Origin: an uncultured Traorella sp.
GTDB taxonomy: Bacteria; Bacillota_I; Bacilli_A; Erysipelotrichales; Erysipelotrichaceae
Assembly (NCBI RefSeq): GCF_944327115.1
Contig: NZ_CALVGS010000041.1
Span: 3,931-67,930 of the forward strand
DNA length: 64,000 nt
Reading direction: 5' to 3'
Shown piece by piece: positions 9,660-17,702 of this stretch (positions are counted from its first letter, which is position 1; each line of letters opens with the position of its first letter). The notes under the pieces are model-generated. The model made no database searches. It was not told the DNA's origin and saw nothing but the letters and a program-made list of their open reading frames with translations. Both the position numbers and the translations under genes were made by a program.

Positions 9660-10434
9660 CACTTACACCTCCGTTTCCGGCATTTTCCTTAATTTTTAAG
9701 TTTAATGTGAAGTCATTGATAGCAATAGCAATACCAATGAATGCTATCAGGATCAAAGCAGCTCCTGAAGTAGCATCAACATTACCTAATACTGCAGCAG
9801 CAGCGAATCCGGCAAGGAAGATACCCCAAAGGTCGTTAGAAAGCATGATCTTCAATAATACGGCAAATCCGACATTACGCATCATACCACCAGCAGCACC
9901 TAAACCAGCCATCAGCCATGAGAAGTCTTCTGAGAACTGAGTCAATGTTTCACCTAATGCTTCTCCACCAAAATAAGCAGCAACAGCCATAGCAGCGAAT
10001 AATGCACCTAAGATGCACATAGAGATGTTGTTAACCATCGTAATTCCGCTAGGATTTGCTTCAGCAGCAGCCTTATCAGCTCTAGCCATCATTGTTGACA
10101 TGAAAGTAAATGTCAAAGTAACGGCATACTGTCCAAACAGTGAGAAGATTACGGCAGCACCTAAAGCCTGTTCAGTTGGTAAACCAACATTTACAGCTAA
10201 AACAACACCAACAACACCACCAAGAACGGCGTTAGGAGGCTGAGCACCACCAACAGGCATGTTACCAACCATCATTAATTCATAAGTACCACCTACTACA
10301 AGTCCTGTCTGAGGATCTCCTAAGATAAGACCAATGATCGGACAAGCAATAATTGGACGATACAAAATTTCAGTTAATGAGAATTGGTCAATAGCAAAAA
10401 TAAATGTAGCGATTGCTAATAAAATAGCTTGCAT
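9649..10434 (-). CDS. agaC: PTS mannose/sorbose/GalNAc family IIC component
   Basis: 261 aa, polytopic, Gly/Ala-rich, IIC-like; RBS AAAGGAG. Confidence 0.9.
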   Translation of the reverse strand: MQAILLAIATFIFAIDQFSLTEILYRPIIACPIIGLILGDPQTGLVVGGTYELMMVGNMPVGGAQPPNAVLGGVVGVVLAVNVGLPTEQALGAAVIFSLFGQYAVTLTFTFMSTMMARADKAAAEANPSGITMVNNISMCILGALFAAMAVAAYFGGEALGETLTQFSEDFSWLMAGLGAAGGMMRNVGFAVLLKIMLSNDLWGIFLAGFAAAAVLGNVDATSGAALILIAFIGIAIAINDFTLNLKIKENAGNGGVSDGI

Positions 10435-10465
10435 ATTGTCATTTCTCCTTTTTAATAATGTAATT

Positions 10466-10942
10466 TTATTTAAATAATTTGTTTACGTCTTCTGCAGCAA
10501 TATCAGGTACACGTCTGATTTCCAGTTCAACTCCAAGTTCCTGCAGTTTTCTGAAAGCCGCAACATCTTTGTCGTCAACGGCAACAGTTGTTGCAACCTG
10601 ACGTTTTCCATCAGCCATGTGCATATTACCGATGTTTACTTTCTTTATAGGTACGCCACCTTCTACTAAAGCCAGTACATCAGTAGGATTGTCACATACG
10701 ATGAAAATCTTTTGAGCATCTGAGGCTTTATGGATAGTGTTAATTGTTTTTTCAATTGTCCAGTAACGCGTCTGAGCGTAACTAGGAGCAGCCATATCCA
10801 TTAAACCTTGACGAAGTGTATTGCCAGCTACCTCATCATTAGCGACAAGAATCAGGTTTGCCCCGATCACACCACACCACTGTGTAGCAACCTGTCCGTG
10901 AATCAGGCGGTTGTCAATACGTGTTAATACGATATTTGTCAT
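10466..10942 (-). CDS. agaB: PTS mannose/sorbose/GalNAc family IIB component
   Basis: N-terminal LTRIDNRLIHGQV (phospho-His motif); 158 aa. Confidence 0.92.
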   Translation of the reverse strand: MTNIVLTRIDNRLIHGQVATQWCGVIGANLILVANDEVAGNTLRQGLMDMAAPSYAQTRYWTIEKTINTIHKASDAQKIFIVCDNPTDVLALVEGGVPIKKVNIGNMHMADGKRQVATTVAVDDKDVAAFRKLQELGVELEIRRVPDIAAEDVNKLFK

Positions 10943-11142
10943 AAAGTTCTCCTCCCCTTCATATCAGTTTGTAATTATATTAAGACCTCACAATCTTTAA
11001 CAATTACACTGATATTGTAAAGCGTTTTCAACTATATTTCTTTACTTTTTTTATTTTTTTATTTGCACTTTTTAATATTTACAATTTTTCTTTTTTTAAC
11101 ATTTATAAAAATTATCTTAAATTATGTGAAAATTATCGCAAA

Positions 11143-11167
11143 TTAAAAGCCCTGAATCCAGGGCTTA
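11143..11167 (-). terminator. Intrinsic terminator after PTS IIA
   Basis: AAGCCCTG / CAGGGCTT stem followed by a T-rich tract; overlaps the stop codon. Confidence 0.5.
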
Positions 11168-11596
11168 AATTCCATCTTCGTCAGCAACATCCTCATGTTT
11201 TGTAAGCACAAAATGAACGACCTGATCTTTTCCTGTATTTACAGCCATTTCAACAAGTGCATCCATATCGCTCACAAAACCGCGAGCCATTGAAATCTCA
11301 ATGATCATTCCTAAGTTGGTTCCACCGAGAACCTCAACTCTTTCTTTTCTGCCGACACCCACTTCGACAGCCGTCTTAAAAGGTGAACCGCCGGCAAGAT
11401 CAGAAAATACCAAAATACCGTCACAATCGCTTAAGCGATCCATTGCCGCATTCAATTCTCTTGTCAGATCATCGACAGAATAATCTTCTAAAAAATCAAC
11501 CATTTCATATTTTTCAGGCATGCCGGCAATCAGCTTGACGCTTGAACTGATTCCGGTAGCAAAATTGCCATGACCCGTCACTAAAATTCCAATCAT
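11165..11596 (-). CDS. agaF: PTS mannose family IIA component
   Basis: MIGILVTGHGNFATG (active-site His region); 143 aa. Confidence 0.88.
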   Translation of the reverse strand: MIGILVTGHGNFATGISSSVKLIAGMPEKYEMVDFLEDYSVDDLTRELNAAMDRLSDCDGILVFSDLAGGSPFKTAVEVGVGRKERVEVLGGTNLGMIIEISMARGFVSDMDALVEMAVNTGKDQVVHFVLTKHEDVADEDGI

Positions 11597-11613
11597 ATCT
11601 TTTCTCCTTCTAT

Positions 11614-12786
11614 CTATTTTTTTGTATATGGGTATAAAATAACACCCTTCACGACACGGTTCACTTCACCGCTTGGACATGGATTATCCGGTGTGATACC
11701 ATAAGAGAGCGATTTAAATAAAGCCACGCACTGAGCAACTGTAATATAATCCAATCCTAAAAGCACGTTGTTATGCTTTTCGCCATTAAAGGAATAGTAA
11801 TAATCAACAAGCTCTTTTACCTCAGGGCGATCTGTATTCGTAACCGCAAAGATCTTATTGCCCTTTCGCTGACCGCTCATTTCCTTGATCAGATCAAGCT
11901 CATACTGATAAGAATAAGCATCATCGCTCAAATAAATAACGGTCAATGTATTATCATCAATAATTGACTTTGGTCCATGTCTGAATCCCAATGGTGTATC
12001 ATACATCGTCGCCACCTTACCGGCTGTCAGCTCCAGCATCTTCAAGGCGCTTTCCTGTGCTACACCCTTTAATGCATTTGCTCCCAGATAAACGATGCGA
12101 TTGAAATCATAATCCTTTACGATCTCATCAGCCAATGTAAAATCTTTATCTACAAACTGGCTGCCACATTTGATCACGCTTTCTAATTCACTGGCAACTT
12201 CATCCAAACGGTCTAATTCAAAGCATAAAAGACATGCTAAATACATATTTGTAAATGAACTTGTCATCGCAAATGACTGGTCATGTGTTTCATCTGTCAA
12301 ATTGATGGCATAGCAGTGCTTTTCTTCTTTGGCACGTTTTGACAAAGCACCATTCTTATTGCAAGTAATAAATAAATGGTAAAGATTTTCACATACCACT
12401 TCGGCAGCCTCAACAGCTCCTATTGATTCCGGTGAATTGCCGCTGCGTCCGAAAGAAATCAGAAGCGTTGGCTTTGTCCTTGAAAGATAGTTTTCCGGTG
12501 TTGCGACAATATCTGTCGTACCATAAGACTTACACTTGAAATTAGTTTTCTTATTCAGATAAGAAAATAAGCTGTTGCCCACAAACTCACTGGTTCCTGC
12601 TCCGGCTAAAATAATATCATAATCAGCCTGCGAGGTCACCTGTGAAATAAACGCCTTCAGCTCATCCTTGTGATCTTTGATCTGCTGGATCGTTTTTACC
12701 CATGTAGCAGGCTGCTGATGAATTTCAGTTGCCGTAAAAACAGCACTTGATTCATCCAGTTGTTCTTTCGTAAAGTTGAATATCAT
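11614..12786 (-). CDS. agaS: AgaS-type SIS-domain sugar isomerase (galactosamine-6-phosphate deaminase/isomerase)
   Basis: 390 aa with two SIS-like halves (GAGTSEF, GRSGNSPES) and aga cluster context. Confidence 0.85.
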   Translation of the reverse strand: MIFNFTKEQLDESSAVFTATEIHQQPATWVKTIQQIKDHKDELKAFISQVTSQADYDIILAGAGTSEFVGNSLFSYLNKKTNFKCKSYGTTDIVATPENYLSRTKPTLLISFGRSGNSPESIGAVEAAEVVCENLYHLFITCNKNGALSKRAKEEKHCYAINLTDETHDQSFAMTSSFTNMYLACLLCFELDRLDEVASELESVIKCGSQFVDKDFTLADEIVKDYDFNRIVYLGANALKGVAQESALKMLELTAGKVATMYDTPLGFRHGPKSIIDDNTLTVIYLSDDAYSYQYELDLIKEMSGQRKGNKIFAVTNTDRPEVKELVDYYYSFNGEKHNNVLLGLDYITVAQCVALFKSLSYGITPDNPCPSGEVNRVVKGVILYPYTKK

Positions 12787-12939
12787 GGTATCCCTCCTAT
12801 TTTCATCTTAATTATAGTGTTTGAGTTGTAAGATTTCAACAAATTAGTTAAAATAGATAATAGGAATATCAAAATATACAAATGATTTTTCCTAAACATA
12901 GTTTAAAATAAGTATAGGTATAAAAAGGGAGGAAAATTT

Positions 12940-14079
12940 ATGATTATTCAAAGCAAAAAAGTCTGGATTGCCAATCAGTTTATTCCTGCACAAATCGAAA
13001 TCATGAACGGCAAGATCGAAAACATCTACCCTTATGAAAGTAAACAAGTGGATCAGGATTACGGTGAAAAAAGAATCGTTCCGGGATTCTTAGATATTCA
13101 CACTCACGGTGCTTACAGCTGGGACACTAATGAAGCTACAAATGGCGGACTAGAGAATTGGTTAGCCAATGTCACTCATGAAGGAGTTACCGGCTTATGT
13201 CCAACAACAGTTACCCAAAGCGAAGAAGTGCTGACAAATGCTGTCCGCCACGTTGCTGAAGTTTATAAGACAAATCCTAAAGGCGCTGAAATTCTCGGTA
13301 TTCATTTTGAAGGACCTTATCTTGATATGAAATACAAAGGAGCACAGCCACCTGAATATATCGCTTCAGCTTCTGTTGAACAGTTCAAACATTATCAGAA
13401 AGCTGCCGACGGATTGATCAAGATCATTACCTTGGCGCCTGAACATGATACAAATTTTGAATTGACAAAATATTGTTCACGAAACGGTGTCGTAGTCAGC
13501 ATGGGACACTCAAACGCAACTTATGAAGAAGCTGCCATGGCAGTCGCAAATGGCGCAAGAAGCATGACGCATGTTTATAATGGTATGTCCCCATTCAATC
13601 ACCGCAGCAATGGTCTGGTAGGTGCCGCTTTCAGATTCAGAGATGTTTTCGGTGAAGTGATCTGTGATGGAAACCACTCGACATTAGCAGCCTTGAATAT
13701 CTATTTTGAAACAAAAGGACGTGATTATGCGATCATGGTCACTGATTCTTTGATGGCAAAAGGAAATCCTGTAGGAAGCCGCTTCATGTTTGGCGGACAT
13801 GAAATTGAAATTTATCCGGACGGAAGTGCTCATCTGACAGAAAGTAAATCATTGGCAGGAAGCACGCTGAAGGTAAATGAAGGATTAAGGATCCTTGTGG
13901 AAGAAGCTAAGGTTCCATTTGATGCCGCTTTAAATTCATGCACGATCAACCCGGCAAGACTTTTGCGCATTGATGACCATAAAGGTAAATTATGCACAGG
14001 TTATGATGCCGATATCGTAGTACTGGAAGATGATTATTCAGTAGCACAAACCTACTGCAAGGGAGAAGCACAGCTATAA
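12940..14079 (+). CDS. nagA: N-acetylglucosamine/galactosamine-6-phosphate deacetylase
   Basis: Amidohydrolase motifs DIHTHG, HFEGPY, GHSNAT, HVYNGM, DGNH. Confidence 0.9.
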   Translation: MIIQSKKVWIANQFIPAQIEIMNGKIENIYPYESKQVDQDYGEKRIVPGFLDIHTHGAYSWDTNEATNGGLENWLANVTHEGVTGLCPTTVTQSEEVLTNAVRHVAEVYKTNPKGAEILGIHFEGPYLDMKYKGAQPPEYIASASVEQFKHYQKAADGLIKIITLAPEHDTNFELTKYCSRNGVVVSMGHSNATYEEAAMAVANGARSMTHVYNGMSPFNHRSNGLVGAAFRFRDVFGEVICDGNHSTLAALNIYFETKGRDYAIMVTDSLMAKGNPVGSRFMFGGHEIEIYPDGSAHLTESKSLAGSTLKVNEGLRILVEEAKVPFDAALNSCTINPARLLRIDDHKGKLCTGYDADIVVLEDDYSVAQTYCKGEAQL

Positions 14080-14618
14080 TGGCCCAAAAGAATCAGCCTT
14101 CAGTATCCGGCTTTTCTGTTTATCAGGATAAGCATGGTCGAGATGTCTATTATGACTTTATTACCAAGAACGGTTATCTGATCTTAGAAAGCAATGCCGG
14201 CCAATTCAGTTTATATCAAAAACGTTTCATCATACCTTTGATCGTTTTTGCACTTCTTTTAAATTATCGGATCGGCAGCTTCTATTTTGATATCTATATT
14301 GCCGCATTAGCTGCCATCATCGTTCTGGTAGGATTAGAGTTTTTATTTCGTTTCCGGTTTTTAAGATCGCTGACGGTCATTCCAAACTTCAGGCCTGAAA
14401 GAAAAACCAGCTATCTTGAACAGATCAATGAAACTAATGAAAAAAATGTTCTTTTGATCAAGGCGCTTCTATATCTCTTATTTGGTGTTTTATTAGCTGT
14501 TTATGCATTTATGAAAGAAATCACTGAATTAGAGCTGATCATCATGCTGATCATTTCAGTTGTAATCTGTATTTATGGGATCATCTATTTTGTTGCACTG
14601 GCCAAAAGAAAAAAATAA
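14079..14618 (+). CDS. Hypothetical membrane protein (about 4 TM), translationally coupled to nagA
   Basis: Its ATG shares a base with the nagA TAA (TAATG). There is a soluble N-terminal region of about 45 aa, then hydrophobic segments. Confidence 0.5.
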   Translation: MAQKNQPSVSGFSVYQDKHGRDVYYDFITKNGYLILESNAGQFSLYQKRFIIPLIVFALLLNYRIGSFYFDIYIAALAAIIVLVGLEFLFRFRFLRSLTVIPNFRPERKTSYLEQINETNEKNVLLIKALLYLLFGVLLAVYAFMKEITELELIIMLIISVVICIYGIIYFVALAKRKK

Positions 14619-14623
14619 AAGAT

Positions 14624-14683
14624 AAGGAACTATATAAGTTAAGTAATTTTCTAAAATTACTGACTATACATAGTTCCTTTTTA
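14624..14683. terminator. Long compound hairpin between convergent genes
   Basis: AAGGAACTATA ... TATAGTTCCTT outer stem with an inner TAAGTAATTTT/AAAATTACT stem, followed by a T-run. Confidence 0.5.
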
Positions 14684-14730
14684 TTATATTTCTCTTAGAT
14701 AAACAATTAATTTTGCGTATTGATGCCTTT

Positions 14731-15084
14731 TTATAAATCATTGATCTTCATTCTCTCAAGATCATCTTTTTTATGCTTTCTTTTCGCCCACGCCGATACA
14801 CTAAAAATTACGATGCATGGGCAATAGTAAGGAATAAATAAAATCAGATAGTAGAGAAAGATCAAAAAGCTTAACGGCATTTCAAGAGCAACTAAAAACA
14901 TACTAAATCTAATCAACATGACCACCAATAATACAAGACTGAGGATAGGCAGGACATATCGCCAGCGATATACTTTTGTGTAAATCAGATATTGAGCTAA
15001 GCCAAGAAGAATCATAGGAATCAGCATTCTTCCTATTGAAATAAGTACAAGCCATAACATTCCGCTTACCATCAAATTATCCAA
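14731..15084 (-). CDS. Hypothetical small membrane protein (about 4 TM)
   Basis: 117 aa, hydrophobic; lies immediately downstream (1-nt gap) of the HTH gene. Confidence 0.5.
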   Translation of the reverse strand: MDNLMVSGMLWLVLISIGRMLIPMILLGLAQYLIYTKVYRWRYVLPILSLVLLVVMLIRFSMFLVALEMPLSFLIFLYYLILFIPYYCPCIVIFSVSAWAKRKHKKDDLERMKINDL

Positions 15085-15085
15085 A

Positions 15086-15379
15086 CTATTTCTCCCCTTT
15101 CTTCTCTTTTCTGTATTCTTGAATCAAAATTTTTGCTTCCTCATATCCAATACGATCATCCAAGGCCATTTTCTTGATCAGTGTGATATAAGGTTCTTCC
15201 CTATTTTCACTGCTGATCTTTATTTTTTGGATCAGCCTGTCCAAACGAAGACGAACGGTTGGATATGTCACACCATAAATCTCTGCAATTTCTTTTAATG
15301 AACCACTGGCAAGAACAAAATTCTTAATAAAAGTCAGATCTTCATCTTCCAGTGCTTCGATCCACTCTGTTTCCTTCAT
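15086..15379 (-). CDS. DUF2089-like helix-turn-helix protein
   Basis: FIKNFVLASGSLKEIAEIYGVTYPTVRLRLDRLI resembles the DUF2089 HTH core; no zinc-ribbon part is present. Confidence 0.55.
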   Translation of the reverse strand: MKETEWIEALEDEDLTFIKNFVLASGSLKEIAEIYGVTYPTVRLRLDRLIQKIKISSENREEPYITLIKKMALDDRIGYEEAKILIQEYRKEKKGEK

Positions 15380-15485
15380 ACCACACTCTCCTTTTCTTCA
15401 ATAATATTATATCACACTTTAATATTATTAAAAGTATTATTATATTTTTCTAAATAATATTAAAAAAATCATGCTCTTTGCATGA

Positions 15486-16226
15486 CTATCTTTTTAAATA
15501 TACCCATTCCTTATCATTTGAATAAGAAGCATCATATCCATATCCTAAATAATTAAAATGTCTGATTTCCTCTAAATCTTCAATTTGATGTGAGGCCATA
15601 TAACGCACCATCTCACCACGTGCCATCTTGGCCTCCGTTCCCTTCACCTTTAGCTTACCTTTATCTAAAGAAGCAAATACACAGGTAATCATTTTTCTAT
15701 TTTCATTCAGATAAGGTTCAATGCATTGTGAATACTCCTTAGAAGCCAAGTTTAAAACGAGATCATCATCATGAAACAATTCATTCGCCAAATCATCTTT
15801 CCAAAAATCATATAAGCTTTTATTTTCATTGATATCTAATCTTGTCTGCATCTCCAAACGATAACAGCGGATACCATCAAAAGGACGTAACAGCCCATAA
15901 AAACCGGACAGGATCACTAAATGCTTTTCAACATATTCCAACTCATCACTCGTAAAGACAGCCGGTGCCATATGCTGATACTGCAAGCCCTCATAAGCAA
16001 AAAGAGCAGGTATCAAGCCTTCATGAAGATCCATCTTTTGAAAGCGCTCATGATTTAACGTTGCAATTTTTTGATTACATTTCATACAATCTGCAAGTTC
16101 TTCAATGCTCATCTTCTGAAGTCTATCTTTCAACATTTCAGTCTTATCTAAAAATAATGGAAGCTGATGCCATCCAAAATCTTCATGATCATTCATTTTT
16201 TTAGCGGGTGATATTATTATTTTCAT
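15486..16226 (-). CDS. yaaA: YaaA family peroxide stress protein (UPF0246/DUF328)
   Basis: Canonical N-terminus MKIIISPAKKM; 246 aa. Confidence 0.9.
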   Translation of the reverse strand: MKIIISPAKKMNDHEDFGWHQLPLFLDKTEMLKDRLQKMSIEELADCMKCNQKIATLNHERFQKMDLHEGLIPALFAYEGLQYQHMAPAVFTSDELEYVEKHLVILSGFYGLLRPFDGIRCYRLEMQTRLDINENKSLYDFWKDDLANELFHDDDLVLNLASKEYSQCIEPYLNENRKMITCVFASLDKGKLKVKGTEAKMARGEMVRYMASHQIEDLEEIRHFNYLGYGYDASYSNDKEWVYLKR

Positions 16227-16240
16227 ACTCTAATGATAAC

Positions 16241-16266
16241 ATAAAAATGGGCCCGATGAGCCCATA
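16241..16266 (-). terminator. Intrinsic terminator after rubrerythrin
   Basis: ATGGGC / GCCCAT stem followed by TTTTAT on the minus strand. Confidence 0.5.
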
Positions 16267-16286
16267 ATCATTCAAAAATTAAAATT

Positions 16287-16823
16287 TTAGTAATCTTCTA
16301 CTTCTAATGCAAAGTAAGACTGAGGATGATCACATACCGGGCAAACAGCAGGAGCTTCTTTACCAATATGTAAATGACCGCAATTCAAGCATTCCCAGAC
16401 AACTACGTCATCTTTCGCAAAGACAACTTTTCCTTCAATATTTCCTAAAAGCTTGCGATATCTTTCTTCATGATGCTTTTCAATAGCAGCAACGCCTTCC
16501 ATCATCTTGGCAATATCTTCAAAACCTTCTTCATGAGCAACTGCTGCAAATTCCTTATACATATCTGTCCACTCATAGTTTTCACCTGCAGCTGCATCCT
16601 TTAAATTTTCAACAGTACCAGGCATACCGCCATGAAGTTTCTTAAACCATAATTTCGCATGTTCTTTTTCATTTGCTGCTGTCTTTTCAAAATAGTTCGC
16701 AATCTGCACATAACCATCTTTTTTAGCTTTTGAAGCATAGTAAGTGTACTTGATAGAAGCCTGTGCTTCACCTGCGAAAGCAGTCATTAAATTCTTTTCT
16801 GTTTTTGATCCTTTAAGTTCCAT
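16287..16823 (-). CDS. rbr: Rubrerythrin
   Basis: Ferritin-like diiron N-domain ([31 protein letters not shown]) and C-terminal rubredoxin CLNCGH...CPVCDHP. Start set at MELKGS, with an AGGAG RBS 8 nt upstream. Confidence 0.92.
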   Translation of the reverse strand: MELKGSKTEKNLMTAFAGEAQASIKYTYYASKAKKDGYVQIANYFEKTAANEKEHAKLWFKKLHGGMPGTVENLKDAAAGENYEWTDMYKEFAAVAHEEGFEDIAKMMEGVAAIEKHHEERYRKLLGNIEGKVVFAKDDVVVWECLNCGHLHIGKEAPAVCPVCDHPQSYFALEVEDY

Positions 16824-16845
16824 TGTTTTCATCTCCTTTTTTATC

Positions 16846-16880
16846 ATTATACACATAATTCAATTAAATGTTAAGCTTTA
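16846..16880 (-). promoter_or_regulatory. Candidate rbr promoter with an embedded Fur/PerR-like inverted repeat
   Basis: Minus strand: TTAACA, 17 nt, TATAAT (plus coordinates 16846-16851). The spacer contains the inverted repeat TAATT-G-AATTA (16856-16866). Confidence 0.35.
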
Positions 16881-16911
16881 TTCGAAAGAATATGTTTTCT
16901 TTTCAATTCAG

Positions 16912-16983
16912 CTATGCCTCCAATATGATGCTTGAAAAAAAGCCTATAAAAAACACCGCAACGATTACAACCAGATTCAACAT
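16912..16983 (-). CDS. Small ORF, 23-aa hydrophobic peptide (copy A)
   Basis: My own translation gives MLNLVVIVAVFFIGFFSSIILEA; AAGGAGG lies 8 nt upstream of the ATG. Paralog of 17137..17208. Confidence 0.5.
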   Translation of the reverse strand: MLNLVVIVAVFFIGFFSSIILEA

Positions 16984-17136
16984 TGACCCATCCTCCTTAA
17001 TTTTATTTTTATCCGTAAATGAATAAATATTGATTATTATTTATTCTTCATATATTCATATTATATCATTTTTATTTATATATTGATATATTTTTTTGAA
17101 TAAATAATAACAAGCACCTCTTAAATGAGAATGCTT

Positions 17137-17208
17137 CTAGGCTTCCAGAATAACGCTTGAGAAGAAGCCGATAAAAAATGCTGCAACGATGGCAATTAGA
17201 TTAAACAT
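17137..17208 (-). CDS. Small ORF, 23-aa hydrophobic peptide (copy B)
   Basis: My own translation gives MFNLIAIVAAFFIGFFSSVILEA; AAGGAGG lies 8 nt upstream of the ATG. 18 of 23 residues are identical to copy A, with many synonymous codon differences. Confidence 0.5.
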   Translation of the reverse strand: MFNLIAIVAAFFIGFFSSVILEA

Positions 17209-17268
17209 GATCAGATCCTCCTTACATGTTCAGTATACCCACTAATGCAACATTATTTATGTTTATTT

Positions 17269-17290
17269 AAAAAAATGACCGAATCGGTCA
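17269..17290 (-). terminator. Intrinsic terminator (minus strand) upstream of peptide B
   Basis: TGACCG ATT CGGTCA followed by T7 on the minus strand. Confidence 0.55.
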
Positions 17291-17377
17291 CGTTACTTTT
17301 ATATAAAAATTATTTTTTCATTCTTTTTTTTGGGAAAAATGACCATTTCATGGATATAAAATAGTAGGTGCCATGAA

Positions 17378-17596
17378 AAGGAGGGAGAAACTATGACACC
17401 CGTATTTTTTGTATGGAGGGATTACAGATGGGTTTTGAACCCTTCATTCTTCTCCAACTATTCTATGAGAATATGATAGTTGTGAAAGAATGCTTGCGTT
17501 TGATCTTTCTGTTTTACAGAATAAACAAACGATAAGCTGTGATCCTCCCTCCTAAATGAAACCCCAGTGCCACGAACACTGGGGTTTCCTATTTGT
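17378..17596 (+). ncRNA. Candidate structured RNA or small mRNA of unassigned family, with an SD/anti-SD closing stem and a terminal hairpin
   Basis: AGGAGGGAG (17379-17387) is perfectly complementary to CTCCCTCCT (17545-17553). Several internal hairpins are present. An 11-bp hairpin AAACCCCAGTG/CACTGGGGTTT (17559-17587) is followed by a T-rich tract. Contains the sORF 17393..17476. Confidence 0.3.
17393..17476 (+). CDS. Small ORF, 27 aa, aromatic-rich (speculative)
   Basis: MTPVFFVWRDYRWVLNPSFFSNYSMRI, with AAGGAGG 8 nt upstream. No paralog or other context supports it. Confidence 0.25.
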   Translation: MTPVFFVWRDYRWVLNPSFFSNYSMRI

Positions 17597-17615
17597 ATGG
17601 AGTTCATCCGTTATT

Positions 17616-17644
17616 ATTCTAGCATATTTTTTTTCATTTGTCAT
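17616..17644 (-). promoter_or_regulatory. Candidate promoter on the minus strand downstream of asnB
   Basis: Minus strand: ATGACA, 17 nt, TGcTAGAAT (extended -10). It would drive an RNA antisense to 17378..17596, ending at the 17269..17290 terminator. Confidence 0.4.
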
Positions 17645-17702
17645 TAACATTTCTTTTTTATGTACTCTGAATGATTCCCGGATAAAGGCCATAAAATCGT
17701 TC

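Noticed and set aside
9653-10243. Plus-strand ORFs (95 aa and 76 aa) within the PTS IIC gene
   Set aside because: They are antisense shadows of a Gly/Ala-rich membrane protein gene, with no independent support.
11016-11030. cre-like (CcpA) site TGTAAAGCGTTTTCA in the leader of PTS IIB-IIC-IID
   Set aside because: The half-sites look right, but the element is 15 nt, with one extra central base relative to the 14-nt TGWAANCGNTNWCA consensus. I cannot call it a functional cre by eye.
10943-11164. Possible sigma-54 (-24/-12) promoter, which is common for mannose-family PTS operons
   Set aside because: I found no TGGCAC-N5-TTGCA-like element on the minus strand, and no LevR/sigma-54 activator gene nearby. 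A sigma-A-like TTGAAA-17-TGTAAT is present instead.
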